64,000 nucleotides of DNA from Candidatus Tayloriibacteriota bacterium (GCA_903893855.1 CAITNV010000054.1:32562-96561); one strand, 5' to 3'; positions 37,842 through 48,580 are shown, numbered from the stretch's first letter. Notes: generated by a model from the sequence alone, not told the origin. Made by a program: numbers and translations.

Positions 37842-38034
37842 GTGCCGGTGCGGCGTCGTTTTTTAGTTTGTAGCGATACTAATATGTATGTAATGAAAGG
37901 GGAGTAGAAAGAAAGATTCAGGAAAATACTGTAATTCATTATATTCATTAAAGGAGCTTTTCTGAAAAACTAAGCCGGAAAATTAAATCCAGTAATAAAC
38001 ATATAGTATAACAACTTGCTACGGAAGTCTAGAG

Positions 38035-38604
38035 TTAGAGAACTTTGTCGATGATGCCGTATTTTTTGCCTTCTTCTGCTGACATGAAGAAATCTCGATC
38101 AACGTCCTTCTCAATTTTAGAGAGTGGCTGTGAAGTATTTTTTGCTAACATTTTGTTCAGATTCTCTCGGAGCTTGAGAATGTGTTTTGCGCTGATCTCG
38201 ATATCTGAAGCTTGTCCCTCAGCTCCTCCTAATGGTTGATGAATCATAATCTCAGAATTCTCGAGGGCGTATCGTTTGCCTTTTTCTCCAGCTGACAAAA
38301 CAAGAGCTGCACCTGAAGCAGCGATTCCTACGCAGACGGTAGAGACATTATTTTTGATGTGGTTCATCGTGTCGATAATTGCCAAAGTTGCGGTAACTGA
38401 TCCTCCCGGAGAATTGATATAAAGATTGATGTCTTTTTTTGAATCTTCTGATTGGAGGAAAAGGAGTTGCGCAATAATAATGTTAGCGACATTGTCGTCA
38501 ATTACTCCACTCAAAAAGACAATGTTGTCTTTTAATAGACGTGAATAGATATCGTACGCACGTTCGCCAAAATTTGTTTTTTCTATAACGGTTGGTATAA
38601 GCAT
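38035..38604 (-). CDS. clpP: ATP-dependent Clp protease proteolytic subunit
   Basis: The motifs [18 protein letters not shown] and catalytic Ser/His/Asp context ([16 protein letters not shown]) are present. Confidence 0.92.
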   Translation of the reverse strand: MLIPTVIEKTNFGERAYDIYSRLLKDNIVFLSGVIDDNVANIIIAQLLFLQSEDSKKDINLYINSPGGSVTATLAIIDTMNHIKNNVSTVCVGIAASGAALVLSAGEKGKRYALENSEIMIHQPLGGAEGQASDIEISAKHILKLRENLNKMLAKNTSQPLSKIEKDVDRDFFMSAEEGKKYGIIDKVL

Positions 38605-38684
38605 GTCGGCATTATTGCATACTATTTTAAATTAATAAAGTAGCGTGAAACATCTTTAGTGATATACTATTTTTATACAACTTT

Positions 38685-39437
38685 ATGCGACTGCACAGAT
38701 TTTTTATCGGAGACTTTTCTGAAACTAAGAAACACAACGGAACGAACGATGTAAGGGGAATCGTTGAGGGCAGTACTATCACCTATGCACAGGGCACACA
38801 CCAGTGGCAGAGGGTTTTTCGGTTTGGCGCAGGTGATCGTGTTTTACTTTTTGATGGTTCAGGAAATGACTATCTCTGTGAAATCAAGGAATATCAAGGC
38901 GAAACGACGATTCTAACTGTGGTGAGTGCGGAACCAAATAATGTGAAACCAAGTCGCGATGTTATTCTTGTTTCGGCGTTAGTAAAGAAAGATACATTTG
39001 AATGGATTGCTGAGAAAGCGACGGAGTTAGGTGTTTCACGGTTAGTTCCACTTCTCGCTGAACGAAGTGAAAAGAAAAACATCAATGAAGATCGTCTCGA
39101 GAAAATAATTATCGAAGCGTCTGAACAATCAGGTAGAGGCACTTTAATGGGACTTGATTTGGTCAAAGACTTGTCGCTTATCCTAAAGGACAAACGTCTT
39201 ATATCACATGCAATTGTCTTTGAACCAACAGGAAGAAAATTTGAAGCAAATGATTTTGACCCTAATGCTTTTGATCAAGAAAAACCGCTAACAGTTTTCA
39301 TTGGCCCTGAAGGTGGATGGTCAGAAAAAGAACTTGAATTGTTTGTCGAAGCAGGTATTCCGGTGGTCTCTCTTGGGCCACAAATATTACGTGCAGAAAC
39401 TGCAGTCATAGCTGCCCTTAGTTTGGTTGTTTTTTAG
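38685..39437 (+). CDS. rsmE: 16S rRNA (uracil1498-N3)-methyltransferase RsmE family
   Basis: The protein starts MRLHRFFIGDF. A PUA-like N-terminal domain and a SPOUT C-terminus (FIGPEGGWSEKE) are present. Confidence 0.8.
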   Translation: MRLHRFFIGDFSETKKHNGTNDVRGIVEGSTITYAQGTHQWQRVFRFGAGDRVLLFDGSGNDYLCEIKEYQGETTILTVVSAEPNNVKPSRDVILVSALVKKDTFEWIAEKATELGVSRLVPLLAERSEKKNINEDRLEKIIIEASEQSGRGTLMGLDLVKDLSLILKDKRLISHAIVFEPTGRKFEANDFDPNAFDQEKPLTVFIGPEGGWSEKELELFVEAGIPVVSLGPQILRAETAVIAALSLVVF

Positions 39438-39602
39438 TTGGTATCCACAACGTCTGTATAATAGTGAAGAACTTTCCCTCGTATCACTTGACGCTTGATT
39501 ATTAACCCCATTTGCTATAAGCTTACGGCAATCAGAGAGTTACTCTCTTTTTTAATTTATACGTTTTATTAACACCATTATTTATTAACTTACGCAACAT
39601 AT

Positions 39603-41768
39603 ATGCAACGCGATTATCCACTTGAGAGAGTTCGAAACTTCGGTATCATTGCCCACATCGATGCGGGTAAGACTACGACATCAGAGCGCATTCTTTACTA
39701 CACAGGAATGATCCATAAGATCGGAGAGGTTCACGATGGTGCAACTACAACCGACTGGATGGAACAAGAACGAGAGCGAGGTATCACTATTACTGCCGCT
39801 GCGATTACTTGTTTCTGGAATCCAACATATGCAACTGGTCTTAAGGGTCCAGATGGTAAGCCTGATGTTTCTCACAAAGTTCGTTTCAATGTTATCGACA
39901 CACCAGGACACATTGACTTCACAGTTGAAGTGAAGCGATCACTCCGAGTGCTCGACGGTGCTGTTGTGGTATTCGACGGTGTTGCGGGAGTGGAGCCACA
40001 GTCTGAGACCAACTGGCGTTACGCAGATGAGAGCAATGTGCCACGACTCTGTTTCATCAATAAGATGGACCGAACTGGTGCAAGCTTCGAGAAATCATTC
40101 GCATCTATCCTTGAGCGTTTGAATAAGCACGCTATTCGATTCCAACTTCCTATTGGTCTTGAAGGCGAACATAATGGTGTCGTAGACCTCCTTCGAATGA
40201 AGGCATATTACTTCGATGGCGAAAAAGGTATTAATGTTCGTGAAGAAGAGATTCCAGCTAATCTCGTAGACGATGCAAAGAAATACCGCGCTGAGTTAAT
40301 TGAGAAAGTTGTTGAACATGATGACGTCCTTATGCAGATGTATCTTGATGGAAAAGAGATTGCACTTGCTGAATTAAAGAAGGCTATTCGTAAGGCGGTT
40401 ATTGCCAATAAAATCTTCCCAGTATTTACAGGTTCTGCTTTGAAGAACGTTGGAGTTCAGCTCGTACTTGATGCGGTTGTTGATTACCTCCCATCTCCAC
40501 TCGATATCCCTGCTGTTAAAGGTATTAACCCAAACACAGGTGAAGAAGTTCTCCGACATGCATCTGATAGCGAACCGTTTTCTGCTCTCGCTTTCAAACT
40601 CCAGAACGACCCATTCGTAGGACAGCTCACATTCTTCCGAGTGTATTCTGGATCTATTGAAGCTGGTACTTATCTATATAACTCTTCAACTGGTAAGAAA
40701 GAACGACTTGGCCGAATCGTACGATTGCAAGCTAACGATCGAGAAGAAGTTAAGAAAGTATATGCTGGAGAAATTGCAGCAGCGGTGGGTATTAAGGATG
40801 CACTTACATCTAATACATTCTGTGATGAAGAGAATCCAATCGTCCTTGAAACTATTAAATTCGTTGACCCTGTGGTGTCTCTACGTATTGAGCCTAAGAC
40901 AAAAGCCGATCAAGAGAAAATGGGTATGGCTCTACGAAAGCTTGGTAATGAAGATCCAACATTCAAAATCTCATCAAACAGTGAGACAGGTGAGACTATC
41001 ATCTCAGGTATGGGTGAACTACACCTTGAAATTATGGTTGATCGAATGAAGCGAGAGTTCGGTGTGGAAGCAAACGTTGGTAAGCCTCAGGTAGCGTACC
41101 GAGAAACTATTCTTGGTGAAGCAGAAGCTGAACATAAATACATCAAGCAGACTGGAGGTAAGGGTCAGTACGGTCACGTAGTCCTAACACTACGCCCAAT
41201 GCAGCCGCTTGTTGAGGGTGCGAAGATCCCAAAGAATGTTAGCCGATATGATGACTTTGAGTTCATTAACTCTATTAAAGGAGGTGTTATTCCAAACGAA
41301 TTCATTCCTGCGGTAGAGAAGGGTGTTCATGAGGCTATGGATCGAGGTATTGTGGCTGGTTATAAGATGGTAAATGTATCTTGTGAGCTAACATTCGGTA
41401 GCTATCACGATGTGGACTCATCTGAAATCGCTTACAAAATCGCTGCATCTCAGGCATATCAGGATGCTGCAAAGCGTGCAAAACCCGTTATCCTTGAGCC
41501 TATTATGAAGCTCGAAGTACTTTTCCCAGATAAGTTCATGGGAGACGTTACAGGCTCTATTTCTTCAAAACGAGGTACAATTGAGGAAATGACTGAGCGA
41601 GGTCAGGCTAAAGTGCTCCATGCTAAGGTTCCTCTTTCAGAAATGTTCGGATACACCACACAGCTTCGTTCTATGACATCAGGTCAGGGAAGCGCAACAA
41701 TGGAATTCGATCATTATGAAGTGGTTCCAAAGAACGTAGAAGCTACAATTATCGAGGCAAGAAAGTAG
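39603..41768 (+). CDS. fusA: Elongation factor G
   Basis: The motifs IRNFGIIAHIDAGKTTTSERIL and DTPGHIDFTVEV are present. The protein is 721 aa. Confidence 0.95.
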   Translation: MQRDYPLERVRNFGIIAHIDAGKTTTSERILYYTGMIHKIGEVHDGATTTDWMEQERERGITITAAAITCFWNPTYATGLKGPDGKPDVSHKVRFNVIDTPGHIDFTVEVKRSLRVLDGAVVVFDGVAGVEPQSETNWRYADESNVPRLCFINKMDRTGASFEKSFASILERLNKHAIRFQLPIGLEGEHNGVVDLLRMKAYYFDGEKGINVREEEIPANLVDDAKKYRAELIEKVVEHDDVLMQMYLDGKEIALAELKKAIRKAVIANKIFPVFTGSALKNVGVQLVLDAVVDYLPSPLDIPAVKGINPNTGEEVLRHASDSEPFSALAFKLQNDPFVGQLTFFRVYSGSIEAGTYLYNSSTGKKERLGRIVRLQANDREEVKKVYAGEIAAAVGIKDALTSNTFCDEENPIVLETIKFVDPVVSLRIEPKTKADQEKMGMALRKLGNEDPTFKISSNSETGETIISGMGELHLEIMVDRMKREFGVEANVGKPQVAYRETILGEAEAEHKYIKQTGGKGQYGHVVLTLRPMQPLVEGAKIPKNVSRYDDFEFINSIKGGVIPNEFIPAVEKGVHEAMDRGIVAGYKMVNVSCELTFGSYHDVDSSEIAYKIAASQAYQDAAKRAKPVILEPIMKLEVLFPDKFMGDVTGSISSKRGTIEEMTERGQAKVLHAKVPLSEMFGYTTQLRSMTSGQGSATMEFDHYEVVPKNVEATIIEARK

Positions 41769-41780
41769 TTCTAAAGAAAA

Positions 41781-41889
41781 TTACCCGTTTGTATTTGAGA
41801 GAAACTCTCGGAAGTTGCGAAGGCAACTGAGAGGGAGACGTCCGGTCACCAGACCGGAACGTCGGTTTCTCGAAAATACAAACGGGTAA
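41781..41889 (+). other. Highly structured intergenic element. A 16-bp perfect inverted repeat (ttacccgtttgtattt / aaatacaaacgggtaa), extendable by a 7-bp helix (gagaaac / gtttctc), encloses two internal hairpins (gttgc-gaag-gcaac and gacgtccggtc-acca-gaccggaacgtc).
   Basis: Base-pairing was read directly from the sequence. The element lies in the 316-nt fusA-tuf spacer. Confidence 0.6.
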
Positions 41890-42084
41890 TTTTCGTTGTA
41901 ACCCTTTCATTGCTTGTACATGTCGTTTAATAGTTGACTTCTATAAGCCCATTTGTTAGGATACAAAGTACGCATTTTTCTTGCGTTGGTTTGTATATAT
42001 TATCAATTTTATTAACAATTTAACTTTCTTTTGTGAATACGAGGCTCTCGCTTCGAACGTTACAAAATAAAGCAATAAAATCAT

Positions 42085-43275
42085 ATGGCAGCATCAGAAT
42101 TCAATCGTTCAAAGCCCCATGTAAACGTTGGTACTATTGGCCACGTTGACCACGGCAAGACTACTTTGACTACATCTATCCTAGCAGTACAAGCTAAGGA
42201 TGGTTTGGCTACACTTAAGGCTTATTCAGATATTGCAAAGGGAGGTACAGTTCGAGACGATTCAAAGATCGTTACGATTTCTCTTGCACACGTAGAATAC
42301 GAGACTCCAAATCGTCACTACGCTCATATCGATGCCCCAGGACATGCCGACTACATTAAGAACATGATTACCGGTGCTGCCCAGATGGACGGTGCTATTC
42401 TTGTGGTATCTGCCCTCGACGGTGTTATGCCACAGACACGAGAGCATATTCTTCTTGCGTATCAGGTTGGTGTGCCAAAGATCGTCGTTTTTCTAAACAA
42501 GTGCGATATGGTTCCTGAAGCTGACCTTCTTGACCTCGTTGAGGAAGAAGTTCGAGATCTTCTCACAAAGAACCATTATGACGGTAAGACTGCTCCAGTT
42601 GTTCGAGGTTCAGCCCTAAAGGCCCTTGAAGGAGATCCAGTTTACGTCGCTAAGATAAAAGAGCTTATGAATGCTCTTGATACATACATCCCAACGCCTG
42701 TTCGTGAAGTTGATAAGCCTTTCCTTATGCCTATTGAAGACATCTTCTCTATTGAAGGTCGAGGAACTGTAGTTACTGGTCGTATTGAGCGAGGTATGGT
42801 TAAGGTTGGTGAAGAAGTTGAGATTGTTGGATTTAAGGATACAACAAAGACTACTATCACTGGTATTGAAATGTTCAACAAGTCTCTTAAAGAGGGAATT
42901 GCTGGAGACAATGCCGGACTTCTCCTACGAGGTACTGGAAAGGATGACGTTTCTCGTGGTCAGGTTCTTGCAAAGACTGGCTCAGTTAAGCCACACACAG
43001 AATTTGAGGCTGAGGTTTACATCTTGAAGAAGGAAGAGGGTGGACGACATACTCCATTCTTCACAGGATACAAGCCACAGTTCTATATTCGAACTACAGA
43101 TGTTACTGGTGAAGTAACACTTGCAGAAAAGGTTGAAATGGTTATGCCAGGTGATACAGTAACATTCAAGGTAAAACTTGTTGCTCCTGTAGCTCTTGAT
43201 GCACAGCAGCGATTTGCCATCCGAGAGGGTGGAAAGACAGTCGGTGCCGGTGTCGTAACTAAAATAGTTGCATAA
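42085..43275 (+). CDS. tuf: Elongation factor Tu
   Basis: The motifs [26 protein letters not shown] and NKCD are present. The protein is 396 aa. Confidence 0.97.
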   Translation: MAASEFNRSKPHVNVGTIGHVDHGKTTLTTSILAVQAKDGLATLKAYSDIAKGGTVRDDSKIVTISLAHVEYETPNRHYAHIDAPGHADYIKNMITGAAQMDGAILVVSALDGVMPQTREHILLAYQVGVPKIVVFLNKCDMVPEADLLDLVEEEVRDLLTKNHYDGKTAPVVRGSALKALEGDPVYVAKIKELMNALDTYIPTPVREVDKPFLMPIEDIFSIEGRGTVVTGRIERGMVKVGEEVEIVGFKDTTKTTITGIEMFNKSLKEGIAGDNAGLLLRGTGKDDVSRGQVLAKTGSVKPHTEFEAEVYILKKEEGGRHTPFFTGYKPQFYIRTTDVTGEVTLAEKVEMVMPGDTVTFKVKLVAPVALDAQQRFAIREGGKTVGAGVVTKIVA

Positions 43276-43302
43276 ATTAGATAAAACACATACATTAGTA
43301 CC

Positions 43303-43701
43303 ATGACATCTGCCGTAAAAGACACAAAGAGCGAAATTACAAAGAAAGCCGGAGTAAAAACTCCGAAGGTGAAGGTTTCTGTTAAAGAAGGCGAAGTATC
43401 AATACTACGTATTCGTGTGCGAGCATACGAACACAAGATTCTTGATGCGTCTTTGAAACAGATCATGGATACAGCTATTCGATATGATGTAAAGTTCTAC
43501 GGTCCTGTTCCACTTCCTACAGAAATCAAGAAGTATACAGTTAACCGTTCAGCCTTCATCTTTAAGAATGCGCGTGAGCAATTCGAAATGCGAGTCCACA
43601 AGCGACTTATTGACATTTTGAACCCTACGCCTAAGATAATTGAGGCCCTTACTAACTTAAGTCTTCCATCTGGAGTCAATATTGATGTAAAGATGATGTA
43701 A
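43303..43701 (+). CDS. rpsJ: 30S ribosomal protein S10 (with an N-terminal extension)
   Basis: The sequence ILRIRVRAYEHKILDASLKQIMDTA...GPVPLPT is the S10 core. Confidence 0.92.
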   Translation: MTSAVKDTKSEITKKAGVKTPKVKVSVKEGEVSILRIRVRAYEHKILDASLKQIMDTAIRYDVKFYGPVPLPTEIKKYTVNRSAFIFKNAREQFEMRVHKRLIDILNPTPKIIEALTNLSLPSGVNIDVKMM

Positions 43702-43738
43702 AACAATAAAGAGGTGCTCGGCTCGTATACGAAAATAT

Positions 43739-44386
43739 ATGACCAAGCCAACCACTAAATATACTGCAATGAAATTCATTCTTGGACGAAAACTTAATAT
43801 GACCCAAATCTTCGATAAGGACGGGGTTGTTCATCCTGCAACAATCATCTCTGTCACACCTATCGTTGTTACACAGGTCAAAAACAAAGAGACTGATGGC
43901 TATGCCTCAGTTCAGGTTGGAGAAGGTGTCCGAAAAGCTTCACGATTAAGTAAGGCTGTTAAAGGCCATACAAAGGAGCTTGGTAATTTTGCTAAGATTC
44001 AGGAATTCACAACAGTTGAAGGCGATTCATCTATGAAGGTTGGCGACAAAATGGACATAACACAGTTTGCAGCTGGCGACACTGTTGAAGTAAGCGCTAT
44101 TTCAAAAGGAAAGGGATTTCAGGGTGTAGTTAAGCGACACGGTTTCGGTGGGGGTCCACGATCTCACGGTCAGAAGCACTCTGAGCGAGAACCGGGTTCT
44201 ATCGGAGGAGGTCTTCGAAACAAAGTTCCAAAGATGATGCGTATGGCAGGACGTATGGGTGGAGATCGTATAACCGTGAAAAATCTCAAGGTCGTTCACG
44301 TTGATGCAACTGCAAATGAACTCTATATTTCTGGAGCGGTTCCAGGAACTCGAGGAACACTTGTGGAAATCGTCACAAAAGGCTAG
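43739..44386 (+). CDS. rplC: 50S ribosomal protein L3
   Basis: The motif ILGRKLNMTQIFDKDGVVHPATII is present. The real start may be the internal Met at 43769. Confidence 0.92.
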   Translation: MTKPTTKYTAMKFILGRKLNMTQIFDKDGVVHPATIISVTPIVVTQVKNKETDGYASVQVGEGVRKASRLSKAVKGHTKELGNFAKIQEFTTVEGDSSMKVGDKMDITQFAAGDTVEVSAISKGKGFQGVVKRHGFGGGPRSHGQKHSEREPGSIGGGLRNKVPKMMRMAGRMGGDRITVKNLKVVHVDATANELYISGAVPGTRGTLVEIVTKG

Positions 44387-44421
44387 GATATGACGACTTC
44401 ATTGAAGTAATCTAAAAAAAC

Positions 44422-45084
44422 ATGGAAACAACGATATACAATCAAAAAGGAGAGTCAGCAGGAAAAATAAAGGTTCCTGAGAGCGTCTTCGGCGTAAACT
44501 GGAATGCTGACCTCGTACATCAGGTTATGACAGCTATGCTTGGAAACGAGCGAACACCTGTTGCTCATACTAAGACTCGAGGAGAAGTATCTGGAGGAGG
44601 TAAAAAACCTTGGCAGCAAAAGGGTACAGGACGTGCTCGACACGGATCTACTCGATCTCCTATTTGGGTAGGTGGAGGTATTGCACATGGTCCTCGAAAG
44701 GATAAGAATTATTCTCGAAAGATCAATCGAAAAGCTAGCACACAAGCTCTTTATGTAGTTCTTTCTCGAAAATTCCGAGATGGAGAGATTCTTTTTGTAG
44801 ATAACCTTACTTTTGCTACACCAAAGGCTAAGGATGCAAAGGCTGTTATCTCAAGCTTTTCTAAGATTAAGGGATTCGAAAAGCTTGCTACAAAGCCAAA
44901 GAATGCAGCTTTGTTTACCATCAACAATAAATACCCAGAATTAACTAAGAGTTTTGGTAACTTCGGAAACGTAGCTATTGAAGAGCTACGAAACATCAAC
45001 CCTCTTTCTATTCTTAATCACAAGTACATTATTATTACTGATCCAAAAGAGTCATTAATGGCACTTGAGGCGAAGAAGAAATAA
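44422..45084 (+). CDS. rplD: 50S ribosomal protein L4
   Basis: The motifs PWQQKGTGRARHGSTRSPIWVGGGIAHGP are present. Confidence 0.92.
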   Translation: METTIYNQKGESAGKIKVPESVFGVNWNADLVHQVMTAMLGNERTPVAHTKTRGEVSGGGKKPWQQKGTGRARHGSTRSPIWVGGGIAHGPRKDKNYSRKINRKASTQALYVVLSRKFRDGEILFVDNLTFATPKAKDAKAVISSFSKIKGFEKLATKPKNAALFTINNKYPELTKSFGNFGNVAIEELRNINPLSILNHKYIIITDPKESLMALEAKKK

Positions 45085-45100
45085 ATTTAATTATAAAACC

Positions 45101-45481
45101 ATGGCTATTCTCTCAAAGACAAAAAAGGCAGTAAAGAAGGAAGTTGCTCCAAAAGCAGTTGCTACTTCAGCTGTCGCAACAACAAATACTGCAAATACAG
45201 TGCCAAAGCAGGAGCTTTTCACGATGACTCCTCGAATCACGGAGAAGGCTAACTTCCACGCTGAATCATTGAATAGCTATACATTTGTAGTAAAAGGTAA
45301 TTCAAATAAGAAGTCTATTGCTCACGCTATTAAGACAACATTCAAGGTCACTCCTCTTAAGATTAGAATTGTTAACACAGCAGATAAGCGTGTTTCAAAC
45401 CGAGGCCGTATATCACTTCGATCTGGTTTTAAGAAGGCGTACATCACTCTCAAAAAGGGAGATAAGATAGAAGTCGCATAA
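45101..45481 (+). CDS. rplW: 50S ribosomal protein L23 (Lys/Ala-rich N-terminal extension)
   Basis: The C-terminal core YTFVVKGNSNKKSIAHAIKTTFKVTPLKIRIVN matches L23. The start was trimmed to MAILSK. Confidence 0.88.
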   Translation: MAILSKTKKAVKKEVAPKAVATSAVATTNTANTVPKQELFTMTPRITEKANFHAESLNSYTFVVKGNSNKKSIAHAIKTTFKVTPLKIRIVNTADKRVSNRGRISLRSGFKKAYITLKKGDKIEVA

Positions 45482-45506
45482 AGCCGATTCAATATTTAAT
45501 ACATTT

Positions 45507-46358
45507 ATGAAAAAATACCACCCATCAACACCATCACGACGACATATGTCGACCATTTCTTTCAAGAAATACTTGACTGCAAGTGAACCGCATAAGGCTT
45601 TGACACATGGTTTCAAGCGAGATGTGGGCCGCAATGCTTTCGGACGTATTACGGTACGACATCAGGGTGGAGGACATAAGAAGCTCTATCGTGCTGTGGA
45701 CTTTGTCTATAACAAGAAGGATATTCCTGCGACTATTACAACTATTGAATATGATCCTTTCCGAACAGGCTTCATCGCACTCGTGAATTATGCTGATGGA
45801 GAAAAGCGTTACGTTCTTGTTCCAAAGACAACTAAGGTTGGTGATAAATTCATCGTATCTGAAACAGCCGAAGTTGTAACAGGTAATCGTCTACCACTTA
45901 AGAAGATTCCAGTTGGTACATTCGTCTACAATGTTGAAATCCGACCAGAAGGTGGAGCACGACTTGTTCGATCAGCTGGTTCATTTGGTCAGGTTATTGC
46001 AAATGATGCAGGATTTACTCACATCAAAATGCCATCTACAGAAGTACGCCGTGTAGATGAGAATGCTTGGGCAAGCATCGGTACCGTTTCAAACGATGAG
46101 AATCGGCTTGTTAATATTGGTAAGGCCGGCCGTTCTCGATGGCTCGGTATTCGTCCTACAGTTCGAGGTACTGCACAGAACCCTGTGGATCACCCACACG
46201 GAGGAGGTGAAGGTCGTCAGGGACGAGGCCTACGACGTGCTAAGACCCGTTGGGGTAAGCCGTCGGGTAAGGGTCAGAAGACTCGTACACCGAAGAAATA
46301 CTCAAACGTCTTCATTGTTTCACGAAGACGAGTGGGTAAGGCCAAGAAGGGCGAGTAG
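45507..46358 (+). CDS. rplB: 50S ribosomal protein L2
   Basis: The motifs GGGHKKLYRAVDF and GRSRWLGIRPTVRGTAQNPVDHPHGGGEG are present. Confidence 0.95.
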   Translation: MKKYHPSTPSRRHMSTISFKKYLTASEPHKALTHGFKRDVGRNAFGRITVRHQGGGHKKLYRAVDFVYNKKDIPATITTIEYDPFRTGFIALVNYADGEKRYVLVPKTTKVGDKFIVSETAEVVTGNRLPLKKIPVGTFVYNVEIRPEGGARLVRSAGSFGQVIANDAGFTHIKMPSTEVRRVDENAWASIGTVSNDENRLVNIGKAGRSRWLGIRPTVRGTAQNPVDHPHGGGEGRQGRGLRRAKTRWGKPSGKGQKTRTPKKYSNVFIVSRRRVGKAKKGE

Positions 46359-46550
46359 TAAGAGTTTTTTGAGATAGTAGTTTAATAGAGTATGGATCTT
46401 TTAATCAAATCGACGAAGAAAATAATTGAGAGTCTTTTATTAAAAATAATAGATCACTTTCACGGTTAATTTCAAACGATTTATTTGACTAAAGACGAAG
46501 GTTTTGTTAGCATGGGAAACCAAGCTCAGTAGAGCTTATTTATTTATAAA

Positions 46551-46907
46551 ATGTCACGATCACTTAAAAAAGGCCCGTTCGTAGAAGAACGACTCCTAAA
46601 AAAGATTGCAGGAAAGAAACCGCTTGAAACGGGGCTTATTAAGACTTGGTACCGCCGTTCTCAGATTGCTCCAGAAATGATTGGTTTTACTTTCGGTGTT
46701 TACAATGGACGACAGCATGTCGAAGTACTTGTTACTGAAGACATGGTCGGACATCGACTTGGCGAATTCTCACCTACACGCAAGTTCGTACGACACGGAG
46801 GTAAGATGCAGAAGGAGCTTGAAATGAAACAAAAGGAGTCTGAAATTGCAGCTGCAAAGTCAGCAAAGGAGGCAACAACTCCAGGGGCTAAGCCAGCAGC
46901 AAAATAA
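46551..46907 (+). CDS. rpsS: 30S ribosomal protein S19 (C-terminal extension)
   Basis: The motifs [12 protein letters not shown]...[35 protein letters not shown] are present. Confidence 0.93.
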   Translation: MSRSLKKGPFVEERLLKKIAGKKPLETGLIKTWYRRSQIAPEMIGFTFGVYNGRQHVEVLVTEDMVGHRLGEFSPTRKFVRHGGKMQKELEMKQKESEIAAAKSAKEATTPGAKPAAK

Positions 46908-46921
46908 ACTGATTTACATAT

Positions 46922-47332
46922 ATGATTACTGCATCACTAAAAAATTACCGCCAGTCTCCTCGAAAGGTTCGATCCGTAGCTAATCTTGTTCGTGGTAAGT
47001 CGGTAGTAGAAGCGCTAAATATGCTCGCTTTTCTTCCAAAGAAGGCTACAGGTCCTCTTTCAGATCTATTGAATTCTGCAGTAGCTAATGCAAAGAATAA
47101 TTTTAATATTGATAAGGCTAATCTTTTCATCAAAGAATTTAGAATTGACGGAGGTGTTACACTAAAGCGATCAATGCCAGTATCACGAGGTTCAGCACAC
47201 CCAATTCACAAGAGATCAAGCCATGTGCTTGTTACTCTTGCTCCTCTTGCAGATAAGCCTGTTAAAGCTCGACGTTGGGCATTTCGAGAAAGTGCTAAAG
47301 TCGCTAAAGCAGATATAACAGCAAAAAAATAA
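46922..47332 (+). CDS. rplV: 50S ribosomal protein L22
   Basis: The motifs SPRKVRSVANLVRGKSVVEALNMLAFLPKKA are present. Confidence 0.92.
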   Translation: MITASLKNYRQSPRKVRSVANLVRGKSVVEALNMLAFLPKKATGPLSDLLNSAVANAKNNFNIDKANLFIKEFRIDGGVTLKRSMPVSRGSAHPIHKRSSHVLVTLAPLADKPVKARRWAFRESAKVAKADITAKK

Positions 47333-47333
47333 C

Positions 47334-48059
47334 ATGTCACATTCTGTACACCCATATTCACATAGATTAGGAGTTATTCGCGATTGGAAAAGCCGATGGT
47401 TTGGTGTTGATAAGCAATACCGTAATTACCTAAAGGCCGACATCATCATTCGTGAATATTTGATTAAGGAATTGCGACAGTTTTTTATTGCTGATGTTCA
47501 TATCGAACGTAATCAGAAGGCTCTCCGAATTGTTATTAAGTCTTCACGACCAGGTATGATTGTTGGCCGAGCAGGGGATGGAGTTGTGACTCTACGAAAC
47601 AAGCTTATCAAGCTTCTTGCTAAGCGTAAGATTGATCTTACAGGTCAAGAACTAAAGATTGATATCGAAGAAGTTCGTAATCCAGAAGCCAATTCAGCTA
47701 TTGTCGGTCTTATGGTTGCGGAAGGTCTTGAAAAGCGTCTTCCTTTCCGACGTGTCGTTAAGCAGGCTCTTGAGAAGGTTATGGCTAACAAAGAGGTTCA
47801 GGGTGCTCGTATTAAGCTCTCAGGTCGTCTAGGTGGTGCCGAAATGGCCCGACAGGAAGATCTTAAGAAGGGTCGAATTCCACTTCAGACACTTCGAGCT
47901 GACATTGACTTCGCTCGTGAGAAAGCTCATATGACCTACGGTGATATCGGTATTAAGGTCTGGATTTATAAGGGCGAGATCTTCGCTAAGGACGCAAAGG
48001 CCGCTGCAGTAGCACAGGCTGGATTTGCTCCAGCACGAGATAGTCGAGAACGCGCATAA
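47334..48059 (+). CDS. rpsC: 30S ribosomal protein S3
   Basis: The N-terminus is MSHSVHPYSHRLGVIRDWKSRWF. KH and S3-C domains are present. Confidence 0.93.
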   Translation: MSHSVHPYSHRLGVIRDWKSRWFGVDKQYRNYLKADIIIREYLIKELRQFFIADVHIERNQKALRIVIKSSRPGMIVGRAGDGVVTLRNKLIKLLAKRKIDLTGQELKIDIEEVRNPEANSAIVGLMVAEGLEKRLPFRRVVKQALEKVMANKEVQGARIKLSGRLGGAEMARQEDLKKGRIPLQTLRADIDFAREKAHMTYGDIGIKVWIYKGEIFAKDAKAAAVAQAGFAPARDSRERA

Positions 48060-48085
48060 TATTTATATAATTATTAATTACTACC

Positions 48086-48529
48086 ATGCTTTTCCCTAAA
48101 AAAGTAAAATTCCGAAAGTGGCACACAGGCCGAAAGAACGCAAAGAAGCTTGCGGTCGCTGTTGAAACACGTGGTATTAACCTTTCATTCGGTTCATTCG
48201 GTTTGAAAGCTCTTAAATACGGCCGTCTAACATCAAACGAGATCGAAGCTGCTCGTAAGGTTATGGCTCGTTACGCTACAAAGTCAGGGAAAGTATGGGT
48301 GCGAATTTTCCCAGATCGACCATTTACACAGAAGCCTGCTGAAGTGAAGCTCGGAAAGGGTAAGGGAGATCCAGTTGGATTCGTGGCTCCAGTTAAAGCA
48401 GGTCGTATTCTTTTTGAAATCGACGGAGTTGATGACAAGATTGCTCTCGAAGCTCTCCGAAAAGCAGGAACAAAGATATCAGTAAAGACTAAGATTGTTA
48501 GCCGAGCTGGTATGGGTATGGCAATTTAA
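48086..48529 (+). CDS. rplP: 50S ribosomal protein L16
   Basis: The N-terminus MLFPKKVKFRKWHTGR and the motif GKGKGDPVGFVAPVKAGRILFEI are present. Confidence 0.93.
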   Translation: MLFPKKVKFRKWHTGRKNAKKLAVAVETRGINLSFGSFGLKALKYGRLTSNEIEAARKVMARYATKSGKVWVRIFPDRPFTQKPAEVKLGKGKGDPVGFVAPVKAGRILFEIDGVDDKIALEALRKAGTKISVKTKIVSRAGMGMAI

Positions 48530-48580
48530 ACAAAACTGTGATATAACAGCCAGACTGAAACTCACAAAAATACTAAAAAC

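Noticed and set aside
39438-39602. Possible ribosomal-protein leader or riboswitch upstream of fusA
   Set aside because: Only promoter-like hexamers and a DnaA-box-like motif are visible. No convincing conserved secondary structure could be traced by eye.
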